DNA of 64,000 nucleotides, taken from Nannocystis bainbridge (GTDB lineage Bacteria; Myxococcota_A; Polyangia; Nannocystales; Nannocystaceae). A model generated the notes under the pieces. The model was not told the DNA's origin. It saw only the letters and a program-made list of their open reading frames with translations, and did no database searches. The translations under genes and the position numbers were made by a program. Of the stretch, positions 20,850 to 31,497 are shown piece after piece (the stretch's first letter is position 1; every line of letters starts with the position of its first letter). The stretch covers positions 2,176,001 to 2,240,000 of the forward strand of contig NZ_JAQNDL010000001.1 of the NCBI RefSeq assembly GCF_028368995.1, read 5' to 3'.

Positions 20850-23522
20850 CTACCTTTTCGCCTTCTCCCCTGGCGACTTCGATCCCGACTTCTTCGTAGC
20901 CTTCTTCGTCGGCGACTTCTTCGCAGCCTTCTTCGCCGTCGTCGTCGTCCCCGACTTCTTCGCCCCCGACTTTGTCGACGCCTTCGCGGTCCTCGTCGTC
21001 ACCGACTTTTTGGTTCCCGACGTCTTCTCCCCCGACTTCTTCGCCGTCTTCTTCGCCCCCGACTTCTTCACCGCCTTCGCAGTCTTCGTCGTCCCCGAAT
21101 TCTTCCCGGCCTTCGCGGTTTTCTTCGTCGGCCCTGACCTCTTCGCCGCCTTCTTGGCTCCCGACTTCTTCGTAGTCTTCGCGGTCTTCGTCCCCGATTT
21201 CTTCGCCGCCTTCTTGGCTCCCGACTTCTTCACCGCCTTCGCGGTCTTCTTCCCTGACTTCTCCGCCCCCGCCGGCTTCGCGCTCACACGAACCGGGGGC
21301 TCCTCGCGCTCCGCGAGCTGGCGCAGCTCGAACGAGTCATACGGAAGATCGAAGTCGCCGAAGACCTCCGCGTGATTGACGAAGTTGGGGAATGCGTCGA
21401 CCACATCCGCGCAGGCTCGCAGCGCCCGGCGCTGCACCGGCGACAGCTGCTCGGGCTCGCCGTCCGGAAACAGCACCCCGAACAGCGTCTCCAGCGTCGT
21501 CACCTGCGACAGCGGATCTTGCTCGTGCATCACCGCGATCAAGCCGCCCATGTGCTGTGCCAGCACCTCGTCGGGCAGATGGTCGCGCGCCACCTCGGCC
21601 GCGTCTCCGCGGAAGAACGGCTCCAGCGCCACCATCGCCTCGTCGATCGGCGAACCGTCGATCACGTACGGCTCAATCGCTGCGATCCACGCCGGCGCCG
21701 GCTCCTCCGCGCGCGAGTCGAGCAGCACCGCCAGCAGGAAGCGCACCATCGGGTCGCTCTCGACCGCGAACGCCGCCTCGAACGCCGCCTGCGACGCCTC
21801 CGCGCTGGCCGTCATCCCCAGCCCCATCGCCGCCCGCCCGCGCTCGCCCGGCGTCGCTCCTGCTCGCAGGCGCTGCGCGAAGAACTCGATCGTCTCCCGC
21901 TGCCCGCGCCCCGCGTGCGCCATCAAGAACTCACCCTCGCGCGCCAGCTCCTCGTCCTCGCCGCTCGCCAGCGCCATGAAGCGGGCCAGCGACGGGCGCA
22001 TCGCCGTCATCCACGCCTCGTACGGCTTTCGCGTCTCGGTGATGTACGGCAATTGCAGCACCTGGACCAGGAATTCGATCACTCGCCGCTCCACCGCCGG
22101 CCGCGACCCCTGCAGCGGCAGCATCGTCGCCAGCGCCGTCGCCACCCGATACGTCGCCGGATACACGCTGCCCTGATGCTCGATCTCCGGCCAGATCTGC
22201 CCCAGCGAATACTCCGCGATGGCCGGCTCGTCCGCCAGCACCCCTTTCACGTACAGCGGCAGCGCCTTGCCCGCGCCGAACGCCGTCTCCACCCGCGCCC
22301 ACGAGCCCGGACCCAGGGCCGCCTTCAGCTCCGGCGACACTTCCAGCCGCTCCAACGCCTCCGCAGTGACGTTCTCCTCGTGGGCCTGGTGAAACGCCTC
22401 GCGCACGAACGACGGATCGTCCTGCGTCTGCTCCTCGTCATAGGCGGCGAACCCCGGCAGGAAGCAGCTCCAACCGTCATATTCGTTGAGCGAGTGCTCG
22501 CCGTCCGTCGCCATCGTCAGCTCTGCCGCGCCCGTCGAATCGTGCAGCGTCCACACCCCTTTGCCCCCGCCCGACGACGCATACGAGACCAGCAGCGCGC
22601 CCGACAGCTCGTAGTATTCGACCTTGCGCGGCGGCTGCTCCGGGTCCTCGCCCGATTGCGCCTCGAACACCAGCCTGTCCTCGTAATAGCGGCGCACGTG
22701 GTGCGGCCCGACCTCCTCCATCCGCACCGAGTACAGCCGCTTCCCCGCCGGATCGAAGAACGTCTCCGTGCGATCGTTATCGCCATTGCGGTACAGCGTC
22801 GCGCTGCGGACCGCTGGCGGCTCGGTGTCATCATAATAGAACGACTGCACCAGATCACCGTTCTCCGCCCACCGCCTGGTCATCGACAGCGCACCACTGC
22901 TATAAGTATCCTCCTCGCGCGGCTGCCCCGCGGGCTCGTGCAGGCTGCGCTCCGCGAGAACTCCGTTGCGGTCCCACTGGCGCCGCTCCCCGCGGAGCTC
23001 GCCGGTCCCCATCGCGCTCCGCTGCAGCACCCAGGCGTCCACCTCCGGGTCGTAGAACGCCTCCGCCGGCACGCTCGCCGGCCGCGGCGGCAGCGCTTCG
23101 CCGTCGCGCGCCACAGGCCGCCCCTGCGCGTCGAACGTCCGCTCCGTGGCGATGTAACCGTCGTCGTCGAACTCGCGCTCGATGACCCGCACCGCCTCGC
23201 CAAGGTCCGGGTCCCAGTATTTGTCCTCCGGCGACGGCCCGTCCAGCCGCCTCCACCGCATCAGCCCCGTCCACGCATCTTTTAAAAGATTCTTCGCCCC
23301 GCGCTGCGCCTCCGAGCCGTCCGGATGGAACCGCCGATACTCGAGCCGCTGCGTCCCGTCGCCCCACTCCTCCACGCACTCGACCTCGCCGCTCGCGCGC
23401 CACGAGGTCCACGTCCCGACCCGCCGCCCGGTGGCGTCCTTGGGCCCCGAGTTCCAGACTTCATCCTCCCAGAACGCATCGGCAGGCACATGAGCGGGCT
23501 TCGCGGGGGGGTGCTTCGGCAT
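20850..23522 (-). CDS. Large protein: MORN/YwqK-like beta repeats, HEAT-like helical region, Lys/Ala-rich histone-H1-like tail
   Basis: GTWTSWRASG, RRFHPDG, RQWDRNG repeats; EIEHQGSVYPAT; KKSGAKKAAK repeats over the last ~140 aa. Confidence 0.8.
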   Translation of the reverse strand: MPKHPPAKPAHVPADAFWEDEVWNSGPKDATGRRVGTWTSWRASGEVECVEEWGDGTQRLEYRRFHPDGSEAQRGAKNLLKDAWTGLMRWRRLDGPSPEDKYWDPDLGEAVRVIEREFDDDGYIATERTFDAQGRPVARDGEALPPRPASVPAEAFYDPEVDAWVLQRSAMGTGELRGERRQWDRNGVLAERSLHEPAGQPREEDTYSSGALSMTRRWAENGDLVQSFYYDDTEPPAVRSATLYRNGDNDRTETFFDPAGKRLYSVRMEEVGPHHVRRYYEDRLVFEAQSGEDPEQPPRKVEYYELSGALLVSYASSGGGKGVWTLHDSTGAAELTMATDGEHSLNEYDGWSCFLPGFAAYDEEQTQDDPSFVREAFHQAHEENVTAEALERLEVSPELKAALGPGSWARVETAFGAGKALPLYVKGVLADEPAIAEYSLGQIWPEIEHQGSVYPATYRVATALATMLPLQGSRPAVERRVIEFLVQVLQLPYITETRKPYEAWMTAMRPSLARFMALASGEDEELAREGEFLMAHAGRGQRETIEFFAQRLRAGATPGERGRAAMGLGMTASAEASQAAFEAAFAVESDPMVRFLLAVLLDSRAEEPAPAWIAAIEPYVIDGSPIDEAMVALEPFFRGDAAEVARDHLPDEVLAQHMGGLIAVMHEQDPLSQVTTLETLFGVLFPDGEPEQLSPVQRRALRACADVVDAFPNFVNHAEVFGDFDLPYDSFELRQLAEREEPPVRVSAKPAGAEKSGKKTAKAVKKSGAKKAAKKSGTKTAKTTKKSGAKKAAKRSGPTKKTAKAGKNSGTTKTAKAVKKSGAKKTAKKSGEKTSGTKKSVTTRTAKASTKSGAKKSGTTTTAKKAAKKSPTKKATKKSGSKSPGEKAKR

Positions 23523-23831
23523 GGTGCGCGCGAGGGTGGCCTGCGTCTCATATCGCTGTCAACCCGAGGCGGCACCGAAGCGCTCGTTCGCGCATGCAGC
23601 CTAACATGTCCTTACGGTCATATATCTATGAGGCATCATCTGGCTGGCGCTTGGAGCCCGTACCTCGTCGGCGACAACGACCCTCGTCGTCGCCCGGATC
23701 GTCCGGCCGAAGTTTGGCCGCAAGGGATCTGCGGCTGGCACGAGCAGCTCGCCGGCCTGTGCCCGACCCGACCCGCCGTGAACGGCGGCCCTCGGATCAT
23801 GCTCGGGTCCGAGAGCACGCGGGAAGCTTTG

Positions 23832-25013
23832 TCAAGGGAGCTTCGTAATGCTGCCGGAGACCTGATCGCCCGTCTGATAAAGCTCCAAGCGAGCTGAAGC
23901 AAGCATTGCACCGATGCCCAGATCGCCCAGGCCTGGAACCTTTTGAGTGTCCGCCACCTGAATAGCGAGTTTGTAATGGCGTGGAGCCTCGGGTGCGGAG
24001 TCGAGGTGGCGTTTCACCCTCTCCGGCTGCGTCGTGAGGATTGCCCATCCCCCTTGCTCGTCCGCCCAGGCGTAAAGGTAAACGGCCAGTCCGCCCACAC
24101 CGAACACCGGCTTGCCGCGCTTGGGGGACCGCGCCGGATGTCCCCCGCCCCCTCGGCCCTCGACCAGGCCGACGAGTGAGGCTGCAGCCGCCGGGAGCGT
24201 TCGGACGAGCACCGTTACTGCCAGTCCTTGCCCCGCGTCCTCGACAGCGACGCCGACATCCGTCGTGTTGTCATAAATCGCACGCAGCTCAGGGGGTAGC
24301 CCATTGACGATCGCAGCGAGGGCGTTGGGCCACTGCTCGACCGCGAACAAGATAAGGAGAGTAGAATTTGCGAGGCCGAGAGTGTCAAGCAGCTCAGATA
24401 CCCGCTCAGGGGCGAAGCTCCCCGTCGCCAGCGGAGCGAGGGCGCCGGCCGACGGTGTTCCGACGACATGCGCACACAGCAAAGTCTCGCTACAGAGAGA
24501 CTCGACAGGAAATCGAGTCGGCGCCGGAGTCGGCCACATCCCGGCGATCAACTCGCTCGCTGAGGTTTCCGGCACCCATCGAAATGTTAATATGTTGTCG
24601 CGGGCAGGCTGTCCTACTACGGCCGTGAAGATCCGCTTGGCCTCCCGGAGCTCGCCAAACTGTTCGATAAGGGAGAACCCCTGATCCAACAACCGCACGC
24701 CGTCCACCGGAGACCTCGTCACCAGAGCATCCGCGAGCTCGCTCGCAGAGGTGCTACCCCAATTCAACGCGAGCGCGGAGCCATCGAGGGTAAACTCCAT
24801 TGAGGGCCCTGAACTACCGGCTTGCTGGACCGGTGCGACGAGGCCTTCAGATACGATCGCCATCCGCTGCGAACGTGTCAGGGGATCCAGGAGATCCTCC
24901 GGTCGCAAATGGCTGTGCTTGGGGTATCTAATATCAAATTGATCGTACACCACTTCCGTTTCGTCTACGCGGACGACCAAGGCGCGGTCATCGGCACCGC
25001 CGCAGAAGGCCAT
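23832..25013 (-). CDS. Hypothetical protein, possibly N-terminally truncated, in a lower-GC island
   Basis: 393-aa ORF with atypical codon usage; abuts the divergent fragment at 25013 with no promoter space. Confidence 0.5.
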   Translation of the reverse strand: MAFCGGADDRALVVRVDETEVVYDQFDIRYPKHSHLRPEDLLDPLTRSQRMAIVSEGLVAPVQQAGSSGPSMEFTLDGSALALNWGSTSASELADALVTRSPVDGVRLLDQGFSLIEQFGELREAKRIFTAVVGQPARDNILTFRWVPETSASELIAGMWPTPAPTRFPVESLCSETLLCAHVVGTPSAGALAPLATGSFAPERVSELLDTLGLANSTLLILFAVEQWPNALAAIVNGLPPELRAIYDNTTDVGVAVEDAGQGLAVTVLVRTLPAAAASLVGLVEGRGGGGHPARSPKRGKPVFGVGGLAVYLYAWADEQGGWAILTTQPERVKRHLDSAPEAPRHYKLAIQVADTQKVPGLGDLGIGAMLASARLELYQTGDQVSGSITKLP

Positions 25014-25390
25014 TGGAACTCGACCTGGACCTCACCGCGGAGCGGTTCCCATATCTCGGGGCAACCTCGCCGGGACTGGAAATCAACGCCGTGCGCCTGG
25101 TTCTCGTCCCAGACCTCGAGACACCCATCGGCGGCGTCCAGCTCGAGAGCGCCGGCGTCGCGGTCGGGGAAGCACAGGGTCTGACGCCGAACGCGGCGAT
25201 CCTCGGGGGCTTGCCGACGACTCGCTGGGGCGACCTCACGGAGGCGCCTGGCGCCTTCAAGGTAAAGATCGCGGACGGGCAAATCCCCGAGGCCCATCGA
25301 GAGGAGTACACTATCGATGGGATCACTTATCGTCGGTTCAAGGCCGGGTCGGTACGTGACCTGCTCGTCATCGTGCACTTCACCGTGTGA
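25013..25390 (+). pseudogene. Probable C-terminal fragment of a large Tc-toxin-A-like protein
   Basis: LDLTAERFPY...LEINAVRLVL...VRDLLVIVHFTV-stop resembles TcA-like C-termini (from memory); no upstream coding frame or RBS. Confidence 0.4.
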
Positions 25391-25456
25391 GCGTCAGCGC
25401 GCGCAAATCGCGCCCGGACGCTTGCGCGGTTACCCCCTCGCTTGTATAAAAGGAGC

Positions 25457-26368
25457 ATGCGCACGCGCTTTCGAGCCTCCACTGCCTTCCTGCTCGTTGC
25501 AGCTTGCATATTTGCTTGCCAAGACGATTCCTCGGGGACCCCTGGCACGACGACCACGATGACTTCTGGGCCATCGTCGAGTCCGTCTGGGTCGGACAGC
25601 GCGGGCTCTACGACTGACGGCCCCAACACGAGCTTCGGGTCTGGCACCGAAACCGGCGGGTCGAACCCGCACGAAATCTGCCAGCGCTATCTTGCTTGCA
25701 TCGCCGAAGTATCGCCCGGAGGGCTGCCAGAGGCGCAGATGGGCTTCGGCGAGAACGGCTCTTGCTGGCAGGGCAGCGACGCGGAGGCGCAACTCTGCAT
25801 TGATGCCTGCCGGTCGGCGCTTGAGATGTACAACGAGCTGTTCCCCGAAGAGATGACTTGCGCCCAGTGCCACGCCGATTCCGAATGCGATACAACGGCA
25901 GGCGAGGTTTGTTTCTTGGGTAATTGCGCAGTCACCAGCTGCGGGGATGGGGTTGTCGATCCCACCGAGATGTGCGATTCACAGCCAAGCTGCGACGAGG
26001 ACTGCCAGGGGCCTCAACAGTGCAATCCTCTCTCCAATTATCCCTGTCCGGAGTTCGAGGTCTGCTACTTGGACGACCAGCAGCCTGATCTGCTCGACGC
26101 GCATTGTTCACAGGAGTTCAGTGCGGCGGGGCTCGGTCAGTCCTGTGGCTTCGATGTCAGCAGGCGCTGCGTTGATCGAATGGGATGCGTTCCCAAAGAC
26201 TTTGATCCCACCTGCATCGCCCTCGGGGACGACGGGTGTTGCCAGCCGCTATGCGACCTCGGCGTCCCGGAATCATGCGAGATGGGCCGCACGTGCATCG
26301 CTTATCAGGACTACTTCGGCGCCTTTCCCCCAGAACTCGGCTTCCTCGGGGTCTGCGTCCTATCCTAA
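25457..26368 (+). CDS. Cys-rich lipoprotein
   Basis: AAGGAG RBS; IFAC lipobox; Ser/Thr linker; CGDGVVDPTEMCD, CNPL, CCQPLCD. Confidence 0.8.
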   Translation: MRTRFRASTAFLLVAACIFACQDDSSGTPGTTTTMTSGPSSSPSGSDSAGSTTDGPNTSFGSGTETGGSNPHEICQRYLACIAEVSPGGLPEAQMGFGENGSCWQGSDAEAQLCIDACRSALEMYNELFPEEMTCAQCHADSECDTTAGEVCFLGNCAVTSCGDGVVDPTEMCDSQPSCDEDCQGPQQCNPLSNYPCPEFEVCYLDDQQPDLLDAHCSQEFSAAGLGQSCGFDVSRRCVDRMGCVPKDFDPTCIALGDDGCCQPLCDLGVPESCEMGRTCIAYQDYFGAFPPELGFLGVCVLS

Positions 26369-26562
26369 GCCAAACGGCACGCCCCCAGAGCTACCCTTTC
26401 CTCATGCCGCGACCACGACCGCCTCGGCGGAAATGACAATCAGCGGCGGGCGGAAGCGGGGGTGGCGTTCAGGGATTCTCGACTCGGTCGAGAGCAGGGA
26501 GATCATGCGAGTTTACGCGTCGACCGGTCGTCCGCTTGCGCGGCCGCAGGGTCGAGGTATTC

Positions 26563-27210
26563 TCAAATGCCCGTGGGGCACGATACTCCGGTGCCACCAA
26601 TCCCACAGTAACCCCCCGGGTTCTTCTCTAAATACTGCTGGTGATAGTCCTCCGCGTAATAGAACGTCGGCGCCGGCAGCACCTCCGTCGTGATCTCGCC
26701 GAAGCCTGCGTCGCGCAGTCGCTTTTGAAAGCCCTCGCGCGACGCCTCGGCCGCGGTCTTCTGCGACTCGCTCGTGTAGTAGATCCCCGAGCGGTACTGC
26801 GTGCCGACGTCGTTGCCCTGGCGCATGCCCTGCGTCGGGTCGTGGTTCTCCCAGAACACCCGCAGCAGCTCCTCGTAGCGGACCCGCTGCGGGTCGAACA
26901 CCACCTGCACCACCTCGTTGTGGCCGGTGCGGCCGCTGCAGACCTCGCGGTAGCTCGGGTTGGGGGTGAAGCCGGCCGCGTAGCCGACCATCGTCGAGAT
27001 CACGCCGGGCACCTGCCAGAACTTGCGCTCGGCGCCCCAGAAGCAGCCCAGGCCGAAGATGGCGATCTCGGCGCCGGCGGGGAACGGCGCGGACATCGGG
27101 CCGCCGAGGACCACGTGCTGCGCGGCGACCGGCATCGCCGTGTCGCGGCCGGGGAGCGCCTCGTGCGGGCGCGGCATCTGAACCTTGTCGGAGGAGGCGA
27201 ACCAGGACAT
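26563..27210 (-). CDS. msrA: Peptide methionine-(S)-S-oxide reductase
   Basis: [42 protein letters not shown]. Confidence 0.97.
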   Translation of the reverse strand: MSWFASSDKVQMPRPHEALPGRDTAMPVAAQHVVLGGPMSAPFPAGAEIAIFGLGCFWGAERKFWQVPGVISTMVGYAAGFTPNPSYREVCSGRTGHNEVVQVVFDPQRVRYEELLRVFWENHDPTQGMRQGNDVGTQYRSGIYYTSESQKTAAEASREGFQKRLRDAGFGEITTEVLPAPTFYYAEDYHQQYLEKNPGGYCGIGGTGVSCPTGI

Positions 27211-27346
27211 CCCTCGCAGGGTGACGCATGGCGAGGGCCGCGGCCAGCGGCGGGCCCGGCCGGCGGCGTGCCCGATCGCGCACACGGTGGCGGGCGCGCG
27301 GTCGGGCGCGCGCGGACGGCTCTGCTATCTTCGCCCCCGCCCCCGC

Positions 27347-28123
27347 ATGTCCACGCTCACCCGCGACCGGCTCGTCACGTCCCTGCAGCAGCTCACCGAA
27401 AGCGGCGGGGCCGACAACCACCTGGTCGTCGCTGCGGGGGACCACTACGTGGTCGTGCACGGCCGCCTGGGCGGGTCGGACCTGGCGGTCGAGGTCGTGT
27501 CGAACTTCTACCTCGGGGCCGCGGCCCAGCTGACCCCGGCGCGGCTGCGGTCGCTCGGCGATCGCGGCTACTTCGAGCGCAGCGGCTTCAACAACCTGTT
27601 CCGCGACGTGCGGCTGGTCGGGGCCGACGCGGCCGGCAAGCTGGCCGACGAGCTGCTGGCCCTGTTCGCCCAGATCTTCGGGGTCGAGGCCGACGCGCCG
27701 GCGACGTTCGACCTGCAGCTCGGCGACCCCGAGCCGACGCGCAACCCCGACCTGGTGCGGGCGATGAAGCAGCTGGCGGTGCGCCGCGACATGGACGCGC
27801 GCCAGCGGGTCTACGTGGCGGTGATGAACGCGACCTTCCTGATGCCCATCAACCCCGCGGGCCGCATCCCTGACGAGCCGCTCGAGGTCGACCGGCTCGG
27901 CAACTTCCCGGTGATCGCGGCCTTCACCGAGGTCGACTCGCTGCGGCTGTGGCAGCCGAAGGGCTGGCCGTTCGCGCTGGTGCCGGGGTCGCGGCTGGTG
28001 CCGATCGCGGTGTCGCGGCGGGTCGGCTCGCTGCTGGTGAACCCGCGCGGCAACGTCGGCGGCGAGCTCTACATCAACGAGCTCGAGTCGATCGAGGGCG
28101 CGCTGCGCCGCCGCAACAACTAG
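27347..28123 (+). CDS. SseB-family protein
   Basis: C-terminal VMNATFLMP...VIAAFT...LLVNPRG SseB-like pattern. Confidence 0.65.
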   Translation: MSTLTRDRLVTSLQQLTESGGADNHLVVAAGDHYVVVHGRLGGSDLAVEVVSNFYLGAAAQLTPARLRSLGDRGYFERSGFNNLFRDVRLVGADAAGKLADELLALFAQIFGVEADAPATFDLQLGDPEPTRNPDLVRAMKQLAVRRDMDARQRVYVAVMNATFLMPINPAGRIPDEPLEVDRLGNFPVIAAFTEVDSLRLWQPKGWPFALVPGSRLVPIAVSRRVGSLLVNPRGNVGGELYINELESIEGALRRRNN

Positions 28124-28164
28124 CGAGGCACGGCGCCGACGCGGGCGCGGCACGAGGGGGCGCG

Positions 28165-29094
28165 ATGGAGGGCGAGTTCTCGAGCACCACGACCTTGACC
28201 GCGGACGAGCGGCGCGAGCTGTACGCCCGCCGCGACGGTCCCGGGCTGCGCAGGTTCACGGTCCAGCTCGCCCTGCTGGCGGCCTCGGCGGCCGCCGTGG
28301 TCGCGCTCGCCGACGCCGACGCGTGGTGGTTCTGGCCGGCGTTCGCGGCCTACAGCGTACTGCTGGCGTCGATGTTCGCGCCGATGCACGAGGCCGGCCA
28401 CGGCACCGCCTTCGCCAGCAAGCAGCTCAACCGCCGGGTGTTGCAGATCGCCGCGAACCTGTCGCTGCTGCCCCCGACCGCGTTCGTCGCCTTCCACTTC
28501 GAGCACCATCGCAAGACCCACGAGGTCGGCGACCCCGAGATCCCCGGCGGCAACCTCGAGCTGGCGGCCTGGCCCAAGAACCCGATCGCGGCGCTGATCG
28601 TGCTCAGCGGGCTGCCGCTGCTGCTCGGCAAGCTGATCGTGCTGCTCACCCTGGTGGTGCCGCGCGGGCCGCAGTGGTTCGACAAGTGGCTGCCGTGGCT
28701 GCCCGCGGCCCAGCGCCCGGCGACGATCGCCGAGGCGCGGCGGATCCTCGCCGGCCTGGCCGCGCTGGCGCTGCTGGCCTGGCAGGTGTGGCCGCCGCTG
28801 GGCTGGCTGCTGGCCGGCTTGGCCGGCGCGCACGTGGTCCTCGGGCCGTACCTCGCGGCCGAGCACACCGGCATGCCGACCACCGGCGACGTGCTGGCGC
28901 GCACGCGATCGATCCGCAGCAACGCGGTCGTCAGGTGGCTGTTCTGGAACATGCCCTACCACGCCGAGCACCACGGCTGGCCCGCCGTGCCGTTCCACGC
29001 CGTGCCGGCCCTGCACCGCCGCGTCGCGCCCGGGCTGCCGCACCGCTACCGCGGGTACCTGCACGTGTACCTGGCGGCGCTGCGCGGCAGGTGA
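28165..29094 (+). CDS. Fatty-acid desaturase family protein
   Basis: MHEAGHGTAF, HFEHHRKT, AEH, WNMPYHAEHHGWPAVPFH. Confidence 0.9.
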   Translation: MEGEFSSTTTLTADERRELYARRDGPGLRRFTVQLALLAASAAAVVALADADAWWFWPAFAAYSVLLASMFAPMHEAGHGTAFASKQLNRRVLQIAANLSLLPPTAFVAFHFEHHRKTHEVGDPEIPGGNLELAAWPKNPIAALIVLSGLPLLLGKLIVLLTLVVPRGPQWFDKWLPWLPAAQRPATIAEARRILAGLAALALLAWQVWPPLGWLLAGLAGAHVVLGPYLAAEHTGMPTTGDVLARTRSIRSNAVVRWLFWNMPYHAEHHGWPAVPFHAVPALHRRVAPGLPHRYRGYLHVYLAALRGR

Positions 29095-29161
29095 CCTCGA
29101 GGACATGCCCCCTGAGGCATGTCCTAGGAACCATGTCCTATTGAGCATGTCCCGTGAGACA
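29092..29161. repeat. Phased array of the 14-bp palindrome (5 units) starting on the desaturase stop codon
   Basis: TGACCTCGAGGACA|TGCCCCCTGAGGCA|TGTCCTAGGAACCA|TGTCCTATTGAGCA|TGTCCCGTGAGACA. Confidence 0.9.
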
Positions 29162-29367
29162 TGGGATTCCTCGAGCTCGACCGAGGACGCGTCGACGCCC
29201 GGCCGGCATGTCACCTCGGGTCGTCCGGCGGCTTGCCTCGTGCGACCGCGCGGGCTCGACTGGCGTCACGTGGGCCGCAGCGCGGACGACTCATCGCTTC
29301 CCGGCCGGGTTCTACCGCGCCGCGCCTCGGCGGTCCGCCCGACCGGCCAGCGCTCAGCCTCGTGCTC

Positions 29368-29409
29368 TGTCTCGAAGAACATGTCCTCACAGACATGCTC
29401 TCGCAGGCG
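29368..29409. repeat. Phased array (3 units) abutting the ftsI stop codon
   Basis: TGTCTCGAAGAACA|TGTCCTCACAGACA|TGCTCTCGCAGGCG. Confidence 0.8.
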
Positions 29410-31497
29410 TCACTTCTTCGGCGCGAACGCGACCTGCACGACCTTGCCGCTCTCGACCTGGCCGGGGGTCACGTCTTGCGACACGGCGATGCCGGAGCCC
29501 GAGGCGCGCAGCTCGACGTGGTTGCGGCCGGCGAGGTCGAGCGCCTGCGCCAGCGTGAGGCCGGTGAAGTCGGGCATGCCGGTGGTGACCTTGGGGTGGG
29601 CCGTGCCGCTGCCGCGCTCGTCGGAGCCGGGCAGTGACGGCTCGCCGTCGATCTCGGCGAGCACCCCGAGCGCGGCCTCCATCTGCTTGGCGGCCACCAC
29701 CACCGGCTTCGGCGGCGGCGGCGTCTTGCCGTCGTCGCGCGGCACCCCGAGGTGGGTCATGATCTGCCCGCCGAGGCGGGCGAAGCTGGGGGCCGCGACG
29801 TCGTTGCCGTAGTGGGCGCCCTCGGGCACGTCGACCGACACGAGGATCACCACCCGCGGCGCGCGGGCCGGCAGCGCGCCGATGAAGCTCGAGTAGTACA
29901 TGCCGTCGGCGTAGCCCTTGGTGCCGGCCTTCTGCGCCGTCGAGGTCTTGCCGGCCACCAGGTAACCGGCGACGTGGGCGTTGTTGCCGGTGCCGAGCTC
30001 GGTGTGGACGACGTCCTCGAGCATGCGCATCACGGACTTGGCGGTCGAGCTGCGGACCAGGCGCTCGCCCTCGGGCGCGTGCTCCCACACGCTGCCGCCG
30101 CGGGCGTCGAGGATCTTCTGGACGATGGTGGGGTCGTGATAGACGCCGTCGTTGGCCAGCGCGCCGAAGGCCGCGGTCACCTGCAGCGGCGACGCGGCCA
30201 TGCCCTGGCCGAACGCGATGTTGGCCATCTGGATGTCGGACCACTTCTCCGGCGGCGCCAACAGGCCCGCGGTCGCGCCCGGCAGCTGGACCCCGGGGCG
30301 CTCGCCGAAGTGGAACTTCTTGACCCACTTCGAGAGCGTCTGCTTGCCGAGGCGGTCGGCGATCTTGGTCGTGCAGATGTTCGACGACGCCGCCAGGATC
30401 TCCGTCACCGTCAGCCACTCGGCCGCGTGCGCGTCGTGGATCGTGTTGCGCGGGGTGTACTTCCAGCGGCCCTTCTCGCAGTAGAACGTCTCGTTCTCGC
30501 GCACCGCCCCGAGCTCGAGCGCGGCCGCCACGGTCACCGCCTTGAGCGTCGAGCCGGGCTCGTAGGCGGCCTGCACGGCCAGGTTCTGGGTCTGCTGGGC
30601 CTTCTCGACCGGGTGGTTGGGGTCGAAGGTCGGCCGGTTGGCCAGGGCGAGGATCTCGCCGTTGCGCGGGTCGAGCACCAGGATCGAGGTGCCGACCGGG
30701 TTCCACTGGCGGACGAGGGTGTTGATCTCCTCCTCGACCATCGCCTGGATCGCCGAGTCGATCGTCAGCACCACCGTGTCGCCGCGCGCGACCCCGGGGT
30801 CGGGCACGCCGTCGACCAGCAGCTTCTTGCCGGCCGCGAAGTAGGCCGGCGACAGCGCCTCGCGCCCGCGCAGCTGCATGTCGAGCCCGAGCTCGACGCC
30901 AGCGGTGCCGCTGCCCTGGGCGCCGACGCGGCCGAGCACGTGCGAGGCCAGGAGCCCGCGCGGGTACACGCGCGCGGTCGACGGCTCGAACGACACGCCG
31001 GGGATGCCCTTGGCCTGCAGCGCGGTCACCTGCGCGTCGGACAGGGGCAGGCGCAGCAAGCGATAGGCCTTGTCCTTGGCGATCTCCTCGCGCAGGTAAT
31101 CGGCGCTCTCGTCGGGCTCGAGCTCCAGCACCGCCTCGACGAGCGCCTCCTCGGCCCCGCGCGCGCGCACGAGGCGGGGGTTGATGGCGATCTTGTGTAC
31201 GCGGTCGTCGACCGCCAGCGTCATGAAGTCGCGGTCGACGATCTCGCCGCGGCTGGCCGCCAGCTTGAAGCTACGCAGCTGCTGGCGGTTGCCCTGCTCG
31301 GCGTAGGCCTCGTGCTCGACGGTGGCGAGCCGGGTCGCCTTGACCCCGGCGCCGACCAGCGCCGCGCAGATCGCCGCGCCGACCAGCGACGCGCGCCGCC
31401 CGACCGCCCGCATGTCGCTCGCCATCGGCGCGGGGATCAGGTTCTTGCGCATGGTGTTGCCGCGCTTTTCGGACATGTTCGATCCGCCCTGTCTCAT
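29410..31497 (-). CDS. ftsI: Cell-division penicillin-binding protein FtsI/PBP3 with C-terminal PASTA-like domain
   Basis: RGEIVDR, EPGSTLK (SxxK), SSN, KTS, MPDFTGLTL; lies downstream of rsmH-ftsL. Confidence 0.92.
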   Translation of the reverse strand: MRQGGSNMSEKRGNTMRKNLIPAPMASDMRAVGRRASLVGAAICAALVGAGVKATRLATVEHEAYAEQGNRQQLRSFKLAASRGEIVDRDFMTLAVDDRVHKIAINPRLVRARGAEEALVEAVLELEPDESADYLREEIAKDKAYRLLRLPLSDAQVTALQAKGIPGVSFEPSTARVYPRGLLASHVLGRVGAQGSGTAGVELGLDMQLRGREALSPAYFAAGKKLLVDGVPDPGVARGDTVVLTIDSAIQAMVEEEINTLVRQWNPVGTSILVLDPRNGEILALANRPTFDPNHPVEKAQQTQNLAVQAAYEPGSTLKAVTVAAALELGAVRENETFYCEKGRWKYTPRNTIHDAHAAEWLTVTEILAASSNICTTKIADRLGKQTLSKWVKKFHFGERPGVQLPGATAGLLAPPEKWSDIQMANIAFGQGMAASPLQVTAAFGALANDGVYHDPTIVQKILDARGGSVWEHAPEGERLVRSSTAKSVMRMLEDVVHTELGTGNNAHVAGYLVAGKTSTAQKAGTKGYADGMYYSSFIGALPARAPRVVILVSVDVPEGAHYGNDVAAPSFARLGGQIMTHLGVPRDDGKTPPPPKPVVVAAKQMEAALGVLAEIDGEPSLPGSDERGSGTAHPKVTTGMPDFTGLTLAQALDLAGRNHVELRASGSGIAVSQDVTPGQVESGKVVQVAFAPKK

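Noticed and set aside
23594-23911. Short ORFs at the left edge of the island
   Set aside because: No recognisable motifs, RBS or codon bias; overlapping alternatives cannot be distinguished
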